A stretch of 64,000 bases of DNA. Origin: Chrysomallon squamiferum. Taxonomy: Eukaryota; Animalia; Mollusca. The notes beneath the pieces are model-generated. The model searched no databases and was not told the DNA's origin. It was given only the letters and a program-made list of their open reading frames with translations. The stretch is from NCBI GenBank assembly GCA_012295275.1, contig CM022671.1, forward strand, positions 34,720,001 to 34,784,000, given 5' to 3'. Positions 61,277 to 64,000 of this stretch are shown piece by piece; the first letter of the stretch is position 1, and each line of letters opens with the position of its first letter. The position numbers and the translations under genes were made by a program.

Positions 61277-61923
61277 TGTTTGTGTGTGTGTGTGTGTGTG
61301 TACGTGTTTATAACAGCAACTATATTGACTGAATTAATATGTCTGTATGTGTGTGTATGTGTGTGTTTGTGAGTTATAGTGCTGAATGTAGGTACTGTAT
61401 AATAGTATTTATCTTTCTTAGAATTAATTTGCTTTAATATATGAAATTTTTAAGCTGAATTGCTAGTGTGTATTATATATCATCGTTTTTAGCTTATAGT
61501 ATTTAGTATATGTATATATGTATACATAACTTATTTATTTTCTTTCATTATATTTAACTGTATTTACCAGGCGTATTTTATATCTCACAGTCTATCGGTG
61601 TTTGGTGTTTTTACAGATCTGTACGTAACGTGACTAAATATTTACTTGTATATTATTTGATGTATCAGTCGTTGTCTATGTAATAATAGCTTTTTCATAT
61701 CTGTGTGTTTAAAACATGGATTATCTTCTTTAAAACTCTTAGAACCCTAGCATCATTTATAATTGATGATGCAGTTAGGTTAAATAAATATGTATCGATG
61801 TTTTTAAAATAAAATAAAATGTACGTTTCAAAAATAAAAAACACAATGGAAATAATATTATCATTTTACTGATTTAAAAAATATATATCATACATTTTTT
61901 TATAATGAAGAAATTTTTTAGAT

Positions 61924-62020
<97 letters not shown>

Positions 62021-62330
62021 TTGCTATCAAAACCAGAGAATTAACAAACAGAAATTTTAGATGAAGAATTTTCGGGAGACAGTTTTTTTGTGTGTGTGTG
62101 TGCGATATGTCGACCAGCCCTGCTCCAATAACAGCATCGTGTAAACGACGCTGTGGTTGTTCGTCTAGAATGCCATCTGTTTTAACGCCGACGTGTATTT
62201 AGCGTAACCACGTCGCCTTTGTTTGTCAAGAGGACACCTGTCCAGCGTTTGACGAACAAAGTCATCGATTTAAATAAAGCAGTGAAAGAAACTGTCTCAC
62301 TCGTACATTCTCGTTTGTTGCGTAGTTTCG

Positions 62331-62412
62331 CGTCGTAGCTCAGTGCTTGATGTTCGTTTCGTGTGCGATGTGCTGCGGGTTCAGTCCTGAATGATGGACT
62401 GTTTGGCTTTAT
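62331..62412 (+). mobile_element. tRNA-derived SINE head, interrupted by (GATA)n
   Basis: CGTAGCTCAGTG (A box) ... GGGTTCAGTCC (B box) at tRNA-like spacing, without an acceptor stem. TTTCGTTCCAGCCA follows at ~62592, and a similar motif occurs at ~24620. Confidence 0.45.
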
Positions 62413-62426
62413 AGAAAGAGGGTTAG

Positions 62427-62478
<52 letters not shown>

Positions 62479-63440
62479 CGGTAGATAGATAGATTGGTAG
62501 ATAGATAGATAGATAGACAGACAGATATGAAAACAGTTTTACAGCAGGTGTCCAGTTTTAACAAAAGCTAACTGAAGCACATCTGGATTTATTTCGTTCC
62601 AGCCATAGCATTAAAATTAGCTTGTTTGAGGCTTTCTTGTTCATATATACTTTCTCTTTTAACCAGAACCCAACCAAAGACGGTTTTATTTTTACTAGTA
62701 TTCGATACTTTGAATATGTTTTGACTATTTATAATGTTAAGTGATTATTATTATGACGACCTTTCAGCCAGAGCCACATGCCTGCTTTATCGAGGCGGTA
62801 ATAAATGTTCCACTGTATATGGGACTGTACATATTTTTAAAATTTCTTGCTGATAACTGACAAGTATAGTCTTCTGAGTGTTTATGGCGAGTTTCTTCTT
62901 TCCTCTTAGTGAAAAAATCAAAAAAAAATCAAAGTCCTTTGGAAACCTTTAATATTAAAATGTGTTAAAGGTTCGTTAAATATTTATTGTTTAATTTGGA
63001 TAAATATCCCTTTAACATGAAACGGAAACCTTTATTGAAAATAATTACTTCGTGACTAATTAAAAAGATGAGGCAATACTCGAGTTCTCTTCGCCTCCGT
63101 CCACACACACCCCGCTCTGCCGCTTATTTCACAGTGATTTAAAATGATTAACAGTTAGCTCAAGAATCGTTTTTCTAATTGCTTCTTTAATACACACGTT
63201 GTTATCTTAGCTGTAAAAATTTCAATATTAGAATATTCGATACTATTAAATAAAAGTCATCTGTGTTAAAAAGACTTACTGGACACTTGAATATTTTGTC
63301 ATACATGCAATCATACACACGCCACTGATATACAAATACGCAGAAATATAAAACAGATACATCCATACACACAAATACACATACACACACACACGCACAC
63401 TCACAAATATACTTATACATACACATACACACACACACAA

Positions 63441-63490
<50 letters not shown>

Positions 63491-64000
63491 GCGCACATCT
63501 ATATGAACTGCAGTTCAAGAAAATTTTAATAATTATTAATCTGTATTCCGCTGTTGAAATTTTATTTATTTCCCTATTATTTTCAAACGACGCTAAACAT
63601 CATCATCATCATCGTAAACACGATACCTGTTCTCACGTTTCATTAATTAAGTCATTAATCAAGCACGCCCGTCTGCAGCAATTAATTAACTGCCTGAATC
63701 AACGTCAACGGCTCGCTCAGATAGAAACACGGTGAAAACGACGTGTTTATGAAATAATAACTCGGCAGTTTGACTCGGCGAGACAATAATTAAACTGCAC
63801 GGTACAGCGTATCATACGATCTGTCAACTAACAAGTACAGCTATAAATGAATTCGTCGTGGGGGGGGGAGCACTTCCGTTTCCATGGGTGATTAATTATT
63901 TACCTTATTTCTGCATCACCATGGAAACCTGACATGGCTGACCGTCTTTGGTAACAATGTAATTCCCAATCATTCAGATACAATAGACTGGTTTTTTTGT

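Noticed and set aside
62331-62412. Functional tRNA gene
   Set aside because: A and B boxes are present but no acceptor or anticodon stems; treated as a SINE head.

Overview
AT-rich, microsatellite-dense, intron-containing eukaryotic DNA, most consistent with a lophotrochozoan animal, probably a mollusc (inference from spliced universal-stress-protein genes next to a cadherin and Ig-domain genes). I reconstructed five spliced genes by hand, checking GT-AG sites and intron phases. (1) A minus-strand 233-aa Cys-rich, probably GPI-anchored protein with two 6-Cys repeats (1668-5911). (2) A plus-strand 570-aa secreted coiled-coil / Pro-rich / Ig-domain protein (7344-11566). (3, 4) Two tandem universal stress protein paralogues (14243-17800 and 20067-26198). 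(5) A minus-strand cadherin-related membrane protein with about 8 EC repeats and a Ser/Thr stalk (about 28903-40512; tail structure unresolved). The last ~22 kb has no convincing coding exon but holds SINE/MITE relics, tandem repeats and several candidate promoters or first exons. The most unusual signals are a tandem array that places four decoy copies of the last splice acceptor of USP-1 in front of the real one, and a symmetric 75-nt cadherin tail exon with an in-frame TAA in a readthrough-type context followed by a further open exon repeating the same KY[LI]PPI motif. Most ORFs in the supplied track are microsatellite artefacts.
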